A stretch of DNA of 64,000 bases, taken from positions 164,052,001 to 164,116,000 of the forward strand of contig OZ024743.1 of assembly GCA_964016885.1 (NCBI GenBank). Reading direction: 5' to 3'. A program made the translations under genes and the position numbers. How positions within the stretch are numbered: the stretch's first letter is position 1; each line of letters begins with the position of its first letter. The notes below the pieces were generated by a model. The model was not told where the DNA came from and searched no databases. It saw nothing but the letters and a program-made list of their open reading frames with translations. Positions 47,600 through 59,735 of this stretch are shown one piece after another. The DNA is from Eledone cirrhosa (Eukaryota).

Positions 47600-47811
47600 G
47601 TTTATGTGTATATATATATGACGGCGATGAATTTGTTTTGTGAGGTTTTTTATATGAAATCGTGTTGAAACAAATATATATGTATGTCTGTATATGTATA
47701 TACATGTATATGTGTGTGTATATATATCTATGTGTTGTGTGTGTATATATATGTATATACACACACATATACATATATACACACACATATATATATATAC
47801 ACACACATATA

Positions 47812-47861
<50 letters not shown>

Positions 47862-47907
47862 CAAATACATATATATATATATGTATATGTGTGTGTGTAT
47901 ATATGTT

Positions 47908-47954
<47 letters not shown>

Positions 47955-47955
47955 A
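47526..47955. repeat. Compound (TA)n/(TG)n/(CA)n microsatellite
   Basis: Direct inspection. Confidence 0.95.
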
Positions 47956-48870
47956 ACCATGTATGTCGATCTGAGGCCACAAAATCCAAAGTGCGCAATC
48001 CACTCTTGTGCTGTTGACAACAAAAATCACCCAATCCACTGTTAGATGGTCATTTTGGTGTCATGATAAAAAACACCCAGCCCAGACTGTCATATGGTTG
48101 GAGTAACGAATGGCATTCACTTGTAGAAACCAAGCCAAAATACAGATCCGTATGAGCAAGACGTCTTCACCAGGCCTGACATATCTCATAACGAGACAAC
48201 CCGTCTAATTCCATGCAAGAACGGAAAAATATACATTAAATGCTGATGATGATGATAGCTGGCATGAAGTTGGCGAATGGTCTGCCAGAACTCTTTATTT
48301 GCTGATCTGAAGTTGGACTTCAGCTTAACCCATAAGTCCTCCCTTTTCTTAACTTTAGTCGCCTTTACCGTCTCTTTTGTGACCTTTCGCGCTTGCTTGT
48401 ACCACAAGAGCAAAAAGGAGGACCTATTTCCAAGCCAAGCTATGTAAGCTCCCATCTTTCTTCGGCCGGCATCTTTGACTACATGATTGAACTAAAGAGG
48501 TCCTCCTGTCACCCGGCGCCACACCATGCCGCTTTTGCCTGCTGCATTTAATAGCTGAAGCAGAAACTGTCGTATATGTACATGTGTGTGTGTCTTGGTT
48601 TGTAAGTTCATAAGAAATGCTCTCAATATGTGTTTCTTATTTTATAGAGCAAGACTCAATAATTAACTGAATAGCTATCAATGTGAACATCAAACTGTTT
48701 GTCGTTTACATACTCAAATGATCTTCAAACAACAATTGTTGTCAGATATACCAATTCATATCACTTTCTTCCTATCTATCTGGCTATTAATTTAACATGT
48801 ACATACATTATTATATATATCTATATTTATATACATAGATATTTTATTACGAAAGTCATCATCATCATAA

Positions 48871-48873
<3 letters not shown>

Positions 48874-48930
<57 letters not shown>
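48874..48930. repeat. (CT)n microsatellite
   Basis: Direct inspection. Confidence 0.95.
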
Positions 48931-48933
<3 letters not shown>

Positions 48934-48964
48934 ATTCTGCGATACCAATGACATGTCTATATGT

Positions 48965-51669
48965 AACACAAACTTTAAAAAAACCGATAATCACCTGATT
49001 AACCAACAGATCAGGGCAGCATTCTAGTCAGATAGATTTTATCCTCATCAGAGGATGTGCCAGATAGACGTTCGTAAACACAAAAGCCTTCCCTAGTGAG
49101 GAATGTACCTCCCAACATAACTTAGTTGTCAGCGACCTCATTGTCAGAGTTAGACAAACATGGAAACAGAAGGCAACCTGGAGAAGAAAGATCTGGAAGC
49201 TGAAAGACCCCTCATCCAGTAACAGATTTAAAGATATTTTACTCAACGCCTACGACAGTAAAGAAGAACAGATAGAGACATTCAATGTAGAAGAGCACTG
49301 GGAGTTCCTAAAAAATAACTTAGTAAAGGTGATGGATGAGATCTGTGATTGGAGTAAGACCACAGGCAGGAGGAGAGTGACTTGGTGGTGGAACAATAAG
49401 GTAGATGAAGTAGTTATGAGGAAGCAGGGTACATTACATAGAGACCATGAGGGAAGCTAGGCGACAAGTATACTTAGCTAGGAGGGAAGCGAAGGATAGA
49501 AAATTCAAGTATGTTTTGCAACGCGAGGACCAGAAGCAGGAGGTGTTCAAGATCGTGAGGCAGTGTGTCAGAGAGAATTGTGATGTCATTGGAAAGAAGT
49601 GTATCCGGAATGATAAAGGTGAACTTGCCCTCACAAGTGCTGAGAAGAAAGATGCATGGAAGAGCCATTATGATAGATTACTAAATTAGGAGAATGCATG
49701 GGAATAAGAGACCCTACCCCAAGTAGACCCTAGAGGGGCCAGCAGTCAGCAGCAGCGTACTAAGTAAGGCAATCAAAGATATGAAGACGGGGAAGGCAAC
49801 CGGTCCATCGGGTATAGCTGCCGAGATGCTGAAGGCATCTGGGTCGGTAGGTCACACCATAACCACACGTATTTTTAACCAGGTAATACTAGAAGGATTG
49901 GTGCAGTAGCATCATTGTCAACTGCTACAAAGGTAAAGGTGATGCACTAGATAGAGGAGACTATAGAGATATAAAGCTGATGGATCAGGTTATGAAAGTA
50001 ACAGAAAGAGTTGTAGCACAGTTGATTAGGGACCAGGTGAAACTAGATGAGATGCAATTTGGGTTTGTGCCTGGAAGAGGCACCACTGATGCCCTCTTCC
50101 TTGTGAGGCAATTACAGGAAAAGTACCTAGCTAAAAGTAAGCCGCTCTACCTGGCATTCTTCGATCTCGAGAAAGCCTTTGACAGAGTTCCCCGTGCTAT
50201 AATCTGGTAGGCTCTTAGAAAACTAGGAGGAGATGAATGGCTTGTGAAAGCTGTACAAGCCATGTATAGGGGAGCAGTCAGCAAAGTTAGGATTAGCAAT
50301 GAGTATAGCGAGGAATTTAGCGTACAGGTTGGGGTCCACCAGGGCTCTGTTCTTAGCCCTCTCCTGTTCATCATAGTTCTGCAGGCAATAATGGAGGAGT
50401 TTAAGACCGGATGCCCATGGGAACTCCTGTATGCAGATGACCTCGCACTTATAGCTGAATCTATGGTAGAACTAGAGGAGAAATTCCAAACTTGGAAGCA
50501 GCGACTAGAAAGAAAGGGTCTCAAAGTCAACCTGACAAAGACTAAGGTCTTTGTAAGTAGACAAGAAAACAGAACCCAGATCCCCTCAGGGAAATGGCCT
50601 TGCTCAGTATGTAGGTAGGAACTCCATTCTCTGCCCCAAATGCAAAAAATGGGTACACAAGAGATGTAGCGGGATCTCAGGAAGCTTAACTAAGAATGTA
50701 GGCTTCACATGTAGCAGCTGCACCGGGACAGTAAGCAGCAAAAAGCCACAAGAAACAAGTATCACCAAACTCTGGGAGAGTTCTGTAGAAACAGTAGACT
50801 GCTTCTGCTACCTAGGTGACCGAATTAGCAGCGGAGGTGGGTGTTCAGAAAGTACAATAACTAGGGTAAGAATGGGATGGAAGATGTTCAGGGAGCTGCT
50901 GCCACTTCTAGTTGCAAAAGGCTTTTCCCTCAAAATGAAAGGCAGACTGTATGATGCGTGTATATGAACAGCAATGTTACATGGTAGTGAGACCTGGGCG
51001 CTGTGTGTAGATTAGAAAGAAACGAAGCCTGCATGCTCCGATGGATGTGTAATAGTAATATACGCGAACGGCAAAGCATAAATGAATTGAGAGAGAGACT
51101 GAGCATAAGAGGAATCAAATGCTGTGTGCAGGAGAGGCGGTTGCGTTGGTATGAACATGTGATGCGTATGAAGGATGACAGCTGCATAAAAAGGTGCAGA
51201 GCACTAGAAGTCAATGGAAACCGCGGAGTGGGGAAACCCAAGAAAACCTGGGATGAGGTGATAAAAGCTGACCTTACCCAATTACACCTCTCAATGGCGA
51301 TGACACACGACCGTGATCTCTGGCGTCACAGTAATACAGAAGACCCAACTCCCTACGGGTACAAGCTGAAGCATATAGACAATATGCCCCCACACCCTCC
51401 CACTGCAAAGTGGTCGTGGAGGTGCCATGGCAAAAAAGGACCCAGCCCATACTGTAAAGTGGACGTGTAAGCGCCACGGAAAAAAAGCACCCAGCACTCA
51501 CTGTAGATGAGGTTGGTGTGAGCAGGGCATCCAGCTGTAGAAATCAAGCCAGAATCAGTTCCTATATGAGCAAGGCATGGTCAGCCGACCGGACACTGCC
51601 CACAACAGGACAACCCGTCTAACCCATGCTAGCGTGGAAGAACGGACGTAAAACGATGATGATGATGAT
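48965..51669 (+). mobile_element. 5'-truncated degenerate RTE LINE with 3'UTR and (GAT)n tail
   Basis: FKKTDNHLI, SQIDFIL, VTWWWN, QFGF, DLEKAFDRVP, YADD, GKWPCSVCR; hairpin at ~51615-51648. Confidence 0.92.
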
Positions 51670-53079
51670 ATAGATATATATGTATGTAATATTAGAACTA
51701 GATTAATATTAATGGTAATATATGTATACTTTGTATATATATCAGGATTAAACCAGTATTAGACTAGTAAGACCATTATTTGGCAGAGTCCTCAATACTT
51801 GGGATAGTAGAATCTGGATAGATGAGTCTGAAATTAGCTGTCAAAATAGCAAGAACTCAGCAGTCGGGCCCTGACTCTTTCTAAGATATATGTATTCGTA
51901 GAAGCTGTTAAAAGAGCAAAATGCTGTTAACGCCAATGTTGGGTAAAATTTACCTCAGTGGCTAGAAGTATGCTGGCCTCCAGAAGTGATAGGAGAAAAG
52001 GAAGAAAATCGATGAGACAAGATCAGACAAACATTCATATACATCATCAGCTCTTAGACCAACTGTGGTTTCACATGATTTAACTTAAGAGTACCGCGTA
52101 AAATAGTCAGCTTGTGCAAAATATGTATTTCTGTTGATATGATGTTTGCATGAAAAACGAACAAATTAGATAGACAGATAGATATATCTTCCTTTTTCCC
52201 TTCTTTCCTGCTCTCCCTCACTGTTCCCTTCTTACTGCGTCTTTTCTTTCCTTCTCCCTTCTACCCGCTACTCTTGTCACATCCGCTTGCTACCACCTCC
52301 ACAGCCAGGGCTTTTGTTGTCTTTTCTAGCAGCGACTTGGTGCCGAGAGGACATATTTTATTTCTCTCTCTCTGAAACTAGAGAGGTTGTCATATGTACA
52401 GCGAAACATGATTGTCTTCTCAAACCCTATATGGCCTCCATTCAGTCACCATCCACTTTACAGAGTTTAGTGTGTGCTAAGTACATTTTATCGTGGCACC
52501 AGCACTGGAAAGGTTGTCATATGCTCTAGTATATATCTAAGCCTTCATCATCATTTTTATTTTATGTCCAGTATTTTATGTATACATATGTAAGCATAGT
52601 GAATATATTGTTTATAATCAACAGGTTGTTCAGGAATTCTTTCTCATCTCCCCACCCCACCACTGCCTCTCTCTCTTTCTCTTCCACATCTCTTTTTTCA
52701 CCCTTTCTCTTGCATCTCTCTTTCTCTCCCATTTTCTTCCACCTCTCTCCCATTTTCTTTTTCTCTCTTTTTTCTCTTTTGTCTTTCTTTCTTGCTCCCC
52801 TCTCCCAAGTTCCTTTCTCTCCACTCCTCCTATTCTGTCTCTCTTCCATCTCTCCCTCCTCCCTGCCATGAAAGGAATTAATTATATTTTGTTAATCAAT
52901 AGTTAGCATTATAAACCTAGATTTGTTAGAACCGATCAGTTTTAGAGGAATAAAAATAAATTATTGATCCTGTTGTTGAAAGAACAATTATTAATGGAAA
53001 GATCTGATGCATTGATTGACACTAAGGCACCAATGTTTACATTTACATATATATGCGTATGTTAGGCATTGGTATAACC

Positions 53080-55531
53080 GACAGAAACATATTCTATACA
53101 CACACAAACACAGATATGTACAATACACAATTTCTGCTGTTGAAAAGTAATGATTCATGCCAACAGAATCCATCATTTTCAATATCTTTTCATACACACA
53201 GTACTTAGTCCTCTACCTGATCACTACTTTTGTGCACACATGTATATAATCCCCATATATTCTATACCAAGGGTCTTAAGAAATGGATGGACTTTGGAGT
53301 TAAGCTGAAATCTGACTTCAGATCAGCAAATAAAGTGTTCTGGCAGACCATCCACTGATTTTGTTATAAGAAGTCCTCCTGTATGCCTGCTATCATCATC
53401 ATCATCACCATTTAACATCTATTTTTCCATGTTTGCATGGAGCTAGACAGATGGTAGGAGCATGACCTAATGGTTAGTGTTGAATTCATAATCACAAGAT
53501 TATGCATAGCTGTAATTACTGGACCACGTAGCATGTTGTGTTCTTGAACATGGTTTTTCATCTCCTGTTCCTTTTCATTATAGCATGGGGGCCCCTCCCC
53601 TCTCATTAAAACACCCGAGAAACCTAGGCAGTCAATGTAAACTATAACATGATAGGACTGGAGCCACTCTTATTTTTCCTACTTCGTGGCACCTTGGGCA
53701 AATGTTTTCTTCTTCCATAGCCTAGTAGCTTTGTGCAGAAAACTGGGTAAATGGAAAACTATATGGAAGGTTTTGGGATAGACTGTACCTATAATTGAAA
53801 GAGTCTTCCTCGTCACACACATACTGACAGGAAATTATGTTATCCCTTTCCTTGCCATATTTTTAAAGAAAGACACTATGATTTTCAAGTAATTTTGTAA
53901 TATGACTAACTTTCTTATTGTTAAGTTGGTGTTTGAAGTGTAACTTAAAGATTGTTGTATAAAATTATTATTTCTACTTTTGGCACAAGGCCAGCAATTA
54001 TTCAGTGTATTACTGGTACTTTATTTTATCAATCCCGTAAGGATGAAAGGCAAAGTTAACTTCGGCGGGATTTTAACTCAGATCATAAAGGGCCGTAACT
54101 CTAGCGTCCGACCCTCTACCGATACTGCCAATATGATGAAAAGTTAGTTATAAACATTTTAAAATAGTCAGCTTTGTTTCATAGAACCAGGGACAGTTTT
54201 AAGCAATTTAATATCAAAAAGGGTAAATGTGGAATAGTTAACTACTATCATTATTTTACACCTATTTGTCTATGCCCAGCAGGTCTTTTTCAATACCACG
54301 TCTCACCACATGTTGTAGTCCACTGGCATCTGCTTCATGTGGTTCAGCCTCTAGAGATCTTCATTTGAAACTTCTTTTGATCTTCACCTGAAAGAGAGAC
54401 AAAGGTTTCCAGTATTGGCAGAGGTTGGTGAGTTCGTTTTCACATCTATCGAAAAGCAAATCCTATCTGCTGGTTTCAAACAAAGATTTGTTATTTAGGA
54501 GACCCTATCAGTTATGAGGGAGACTCCTCTGAAAGTGTGATAGCCATGGTAAGAACTTGGCAGGAAAAAGTTTAGTAGAGTTAGTATCTCTACTAACAAC
54601 AAAGGGCTTCTCTCTCAGAATGAAGGGTAGACTGTATGATGCTTGTGTGTGAACTGTGATGCTACATGGCAGAAAGAAAAGAAGCAAGTATGATCTAGTG
54701 GATATGTAATGTTAATGTGCATGAACAATGTATCGTAAGCAAGTTAAGAAAAAAACTTGGTACTTTTCTTTCCAGTCATGCTGCACCATACTGATAGTGA
54801 CCTTGATTCAGGTCTGGCCTCTTCAATCAGCAGCACTTTAAACCAAAACATTTGCTAGAATAACACCACTTATTTACATACACATATATATTTAATGTAT
54901 AGAATAGGAGTCTCAAATTCAAAGACTCAAAAAAGCCATTACAGTGTGTGGAAGAGGCACAGCAGTCCAAATGTGAGATGAGGAAGAAGGTTGTGGATTC
55001 CATCAGTTGCAATACAGCTGATAGGCTGCTATTTATCTCTCCATCAAAATGAATACACATATGATAGTAAGTGGGATATGTGAATTAGTACAAAATGTAG
55101 GGGAACAAATTTTCCATAATTTTATTTTTACTTTTAGTAAATTTCTCTTTTTTTTTTTCCATTTTCAATTTAATAAATCCCATTGTTTTCCATTTTATTG
55201 TATTTCATTGGTAAAATACATTAAATTGTACTATAAATATTATTAAAACAGGGACACATTTCACAAAAATTGTTCTACTACTGGCCATAGAAAAATAGTT
55301 TGTCCCATGGGCCTCGTGTTTAAGACCCCTGGTATAGAATATATGGGGATTATATACATGTGTGCACAAAAGTAGTGATCAGGTAGAGGACTAAGTAGTG
55401 TGTGTATGAAAAGAATTTGAAAAGATATTGAAAATGATGGATTCTGTTGGCATGAATCATTACTTTTGAACAGCAGAAATTGTGTATTGTACATATCTGT
55501 GTTTGTGTATGTATAGAATATGTTTCTGTCT
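53080..55531. repeat. ~200-bp inverted duplication (53080-53279 vs 55320-55530)
   Basis: Reverse-complement identity with a ~10-bp indel. Confidence 0.9.
54540..54760 (+). mobile_element. Small degenerate RTE fragment
   Basis: LLTTKGFSLRMKGRLYDACV.TVMLHG. Confidence 0.7.
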
Positions 55532-56846
55532 GTAGTATATGTCTCTGTGTGGATATACAAGTACATAAAAAAACTTTTTTTTCTGAGGAAAATGACTGAT
55601 TATGCAGTCTGTGTGTGTATGAATGTTTGTTTTTATATGCATGTATATGAATGTGTATGTGTGTGTACAAATGTTTTTGCGTGTGTGTATGCACAAAACA
55701 TATCTTATGGAGATTTATATAGTCTCTCTGTGTGTATTACTATCCATATGGATGTATATGCATGTAAATATATGAATGTCTTTGTGTGTGTAGGAATGTG
55801 TATGATATTTTTATATTCACTCTTTAACTTGAGTTTTTATCTTGTTTCAAGATCAAAGACTGAGATTAAGTTCCTTGAATTGAAAAAATATAAAATTACT
55901 AGTAGTAGTAAAAAGAAAAAATATTAGTAGTAGTAGTAGTAGTAGTAAAAAAACAAAAAATATAATATCGATAGTAGTAGTAAAAAATATATATATTAGT
56001 AGTAATAGTAATAAGTAAGAAAAAAATAATGGTGGCAGCCAGTAGTAGTTTATTTGCCATATGGGCAAGAGTTCTACACACACATACATGTGTGTGTGTT
56101 TGTGTATACAATATATATAAATGTTTCTAAGTTGGGAAATAGACTGGTTTAAACACGCAACTGTCGCTACCAGCCCGCTACTCTACATCGCTGTATAGTA
56201 GATGGAGGCAGTTAATGTCCGTTAAAGGTTCTAGGCCCTACCACTGTTACCATCACCATCCTATCACCATGGGACATGGAGACTAGAGCTGAATGCTACT
56301 ATTCTACTGTGCAACGATGTGGAACTGCTTTTTCTCATAACCAACTTTTCACTATCTTATTATTAATGTGTGTTTGAGACACGTTGGCTGAGAGCTTTTG
56401 GTGGGAACAAAAATATTTGTTTTCTAATCTCCCGCCACCACGTAAATTTGTAAATCGGTGATTGATCGAAGGATGGAGTTGTATCAGATTCCAGTTGCTA
56501 ATCACTTTACTGTGTTGGCCGTCACAAACAGTCATATCCGGCATGGACTGGAGTTTGAATTCTGTCGATCAATTGGTTATTGATTAGGCGATACACGCTG
56601 ATGAATCCACATGCGCCGATTATGCATTGTTGCATAATATATGCAGACAGAGGGTGCAGTGCACCGTACTGCTGCATTGTGTGTGGCCGAACTGAGTCCG
56701 GGTACTACTATAGGCACCCGTTTACATGTGTTGTATTGAAGCAAATAACTGAGTATACTGTGGGGATATGTTCTACATTGCCTATTGAGTACGCTGAAAT
56801 ACAACTGGTCCTGGTATTGTTAAATATGTTGGGTCCGTCAATTCCT

Positions 56847-56894
<48 letters not shown>

Positions 56895-57110
56895 TTTTTA
56901 CCCATAACCCCTGATGGAGTTGCAGGAACACCATAGTGACATAAAGCATTTCTTGGGCATTTTTAAAGCCTGGCAGGGCTGGCACAAATACCACAAAGTA
57001 TTCTATCTGACAGTCTAACAACTCTGTCAATTCGTACATGCATATATTCATACATACCTACCGTGTGTATGTATATATATACATGTGTGTTTGTGTATAT
57101 ATATATATAT

Positions 57111-57447
57111 GGAGGCACATGGCTTAGTGGTTAGAGCATTGGCCTTGCAATCGAAAGGTTGTGAGTTCAATTCTCAGACCGGGTGATGTGTTGTTTCCTT
57201 GAGCAAGACACTTTATTTCACATTGCTCCAGTTTACTCAGCTGTAGAAATGAGATGATAGGGACTGGGGTCTCTATTATTCCACTGCAAAGTGGTCGTGG
57301 AGGTGCCATGGCAAAAAAAGCAGCCAGCACTCACTGTAAATGAGGTTGGTGTTAGGAAGGGCATCCAGCTGTAGAAATCAAGCCAGAATCAGTTCCTGTC
57401 CCACCCTTGCAAGCAGGGAAAAGCGGACGTAAAATGAAAATGAAATG
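57111..57447 (+). mobile_element. Young tRNA-derived SINE with RTE-derived tail
   Basis: A box TGGCTTAGTGG, B box GAGTTCAATTC, core CCTTGAGCAAGACACTTTAT; tail matches local RTE 3'UTRs. Confidence 0.88.
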
Positions 57448-58875
57448 AATATATAGTCTGTGTGTGTATATATAATGTATGTGTATACATTGTGGCAGTA
57501 GTGCTAGTGGTGCTGAAGGAAGTGGGGGTGGGCATGTATTAGGAACTGAGTACCATGTTGCTGTTATTGATAATGCAGTAATGTGAATAACATTCATGAT
57601 GTTAATATGTTAATGGTAATATTGTTTCTACTTTAGGCACAAGGTCAACAATTACCCAGTGCATTACTTAGGTATGAGGATAATGATTGATGATGATAAC
57701 ATGTTATTGATGATGATGATAATAGCATGTTATTGATGATGATGATGATGATTATGATTATGCTATCTGCACCCTATATATGCAACATCACAACACATCA
57801 GCAAATAAAAAATAGATAGCCATTTTCTTAGTTGTGCATGCACCTACATATATAGAATGTACTTTACTGATACACATCAATTGTTGTTGTTGGATCTCTG
57901 TTGGTTTCAACAAGTGTCCCAGTTGTTTGAACTACAGAAATTAATGTTGAAGTGACTGAGCATTCTACAGATGCATCTACCGTTAATGTGGTTCTCAGGG
58001 ATAAACAGTGTGACACAGTTTGTGGCAAGACTGGCCCCTACCATTACATGTGAAACTCATTTGTTCCAGCTGAGTTGACTGGAGCAACATGAAATAAACT
58101 AGGTTGTGGAGGAGGGATTCTATTCCAGTCTTGTCCTCTATTGAGGTTCATTTCATTTTCTATTAAGGCAGCAAATTGGCAGAGTTGTTAGAATGTTGGC
58201 TAGAATGCTTTATGGTATTTATTCTGGCTCTCTGCTCTCTGAGTTCAAATTCAACCTTGGTCAACTTTACTTTTCATCCTTTCAAGGTCTATGAAAAAAG
58301 TACCAGTCTAGTACTGGGGTCGATTCTTCCTCTATATCACTCTCTATCTTTCTCTGGAAGAAATCTGCCTGGAGAGAGATGGACTCCACCAAGCCTAAAT
58401 TACCCAGGAAACATTGTACATCAATACAGTGCCCCTATGATTCCATCAGGAGTTACAGGGCCATGCATTCATTTTCTATTATTCTGTCTGAGCATTGCAT
58501 TGGTTCTGTGTGTAGATATAATTTTTACCATAAGGTTGTCTATTGAGCCACCATTTAGCATGTTGGTAGAAGACTGACAAGTTTTTCTTGTCTTTAAATT
58601 CTTTTCAGTGTTTTCATACGTTCTCCTATGCATGTCATGGTCATGTTTCTACATTGTCTCATCTTATGCTATATTTCTAGTTTTACAAATTATCTGTATG
58701 CAAATTCTGTCAATACAGAGGGGTTAGTTTCTTAAATGGGTAACTTCTGACAAAAGAACTTTGACAGTTAACCCTTCCATGACTGCATTTCTAATGAAAT
58801 ACACTCTGTTTCTAATAGTTAATAAAGAATTTCACATCAAAAATTTTGCAAAACAACTGCAAACATGAAGTATAT

Positions 58876-59360
58876 ATCATCATCATTTTTATATCTGCTT
58901 TCCATGATTGCATGGGTTGGACGGGGTCTTTCTTCATACGGCATCTCTCCACTTGTCGCGATTTGAGGTCTGCTCCACATAACCTCTGCCCAGGTGTTCT
59001 TCATCGCTCTCTATTGTCTTCCTTCCACTGGGATTTCCTGGCATTTCTTCACCCATCGGTCATTGTCCATGTGCATCACATGTCCATACCAATGCAGTCT
59101 TTTCTCCTGCACACCATTTCGGATTCCCCTTAAGCCCAACTTCTCTCTCAGCTTGCCCAAGCTCTGCCTTTTTCTCACATTTACATTGCACATCCAATGA
59201 AACATGACTGCTTCATTTCTCTCCAGTCTACGCATGTCCTCTGCAGTCACAGCCCATGTTTCACTACCATGCAGCATTGCTACTATACAGACTACCATGT
59301 CTCATGACCATACAGACTTCCTTTTGTATGTAGGGAGAAACCTTTTGTTGTCAGCAGTGG
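58876..59360 (-). mobile_element. RTE LINE 3' fragment
   Basis: AMLHGSETWAVTAEDMRRLERNEA...RLHWYGHVMHM; GAT tail. Confidence 0.85.
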
Positions 59361-59414
59361 GAAATAAATGAAAGAAATGGTAAATAACATGTTATATATA
59401 AGTATATCTATATG

Positions 59415-59735
59415 TTGTTGGACTCTTTGTCAGTTCTGATGATATGTGTCTCAATTGTTTGATCAATGGAACAGTCTGCTTCTGAAATTAACATTCAAAT
59501 GGCTGAGCATTCCACAAACACATGTACTGTTAACACAATTCTAAAGGCGATTCAGCATGACAGAGTGTGACATGGCTGGCCTTTTGAATTACTGGTGCAA
59601 CTTTTGTCACCTAGGTTGACTGGGGCAATGTGAAATAAAGGCTCTCAATCAAGAACACTAATGCATTGCTGGGAATTGAACTCACTACATTATGATTGTA
59701 AACCAAACACCCTAACCTCTGAGACATGTCTTCAC
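59415..59735 (-). mobile_element. tRNA-derived SINE, third tail type (partial copy at ~57885-58100)
   Basis: Same head type as the 1249 and 57111 copies; shared body GGCTGAGCATTC..CAGCATGACAGAGTGTGACA. Confidence 0.7.

Noticed and set aside
52030-52095. Minus-strand GAAA-CCA cagt TGG-TC-TAAGAG-CTGATGA, a hammerhead-like order
   Set aside because: The core parts cannot be assembled into a complete type I or II fold; possibly a decayed remnant.
57111-57185. tRNA-like sequence (also 1250, 12010 and 25760)
   Set aside because: SINE heads that continue into SINE bodies; no complete cloverleaf or terminator.
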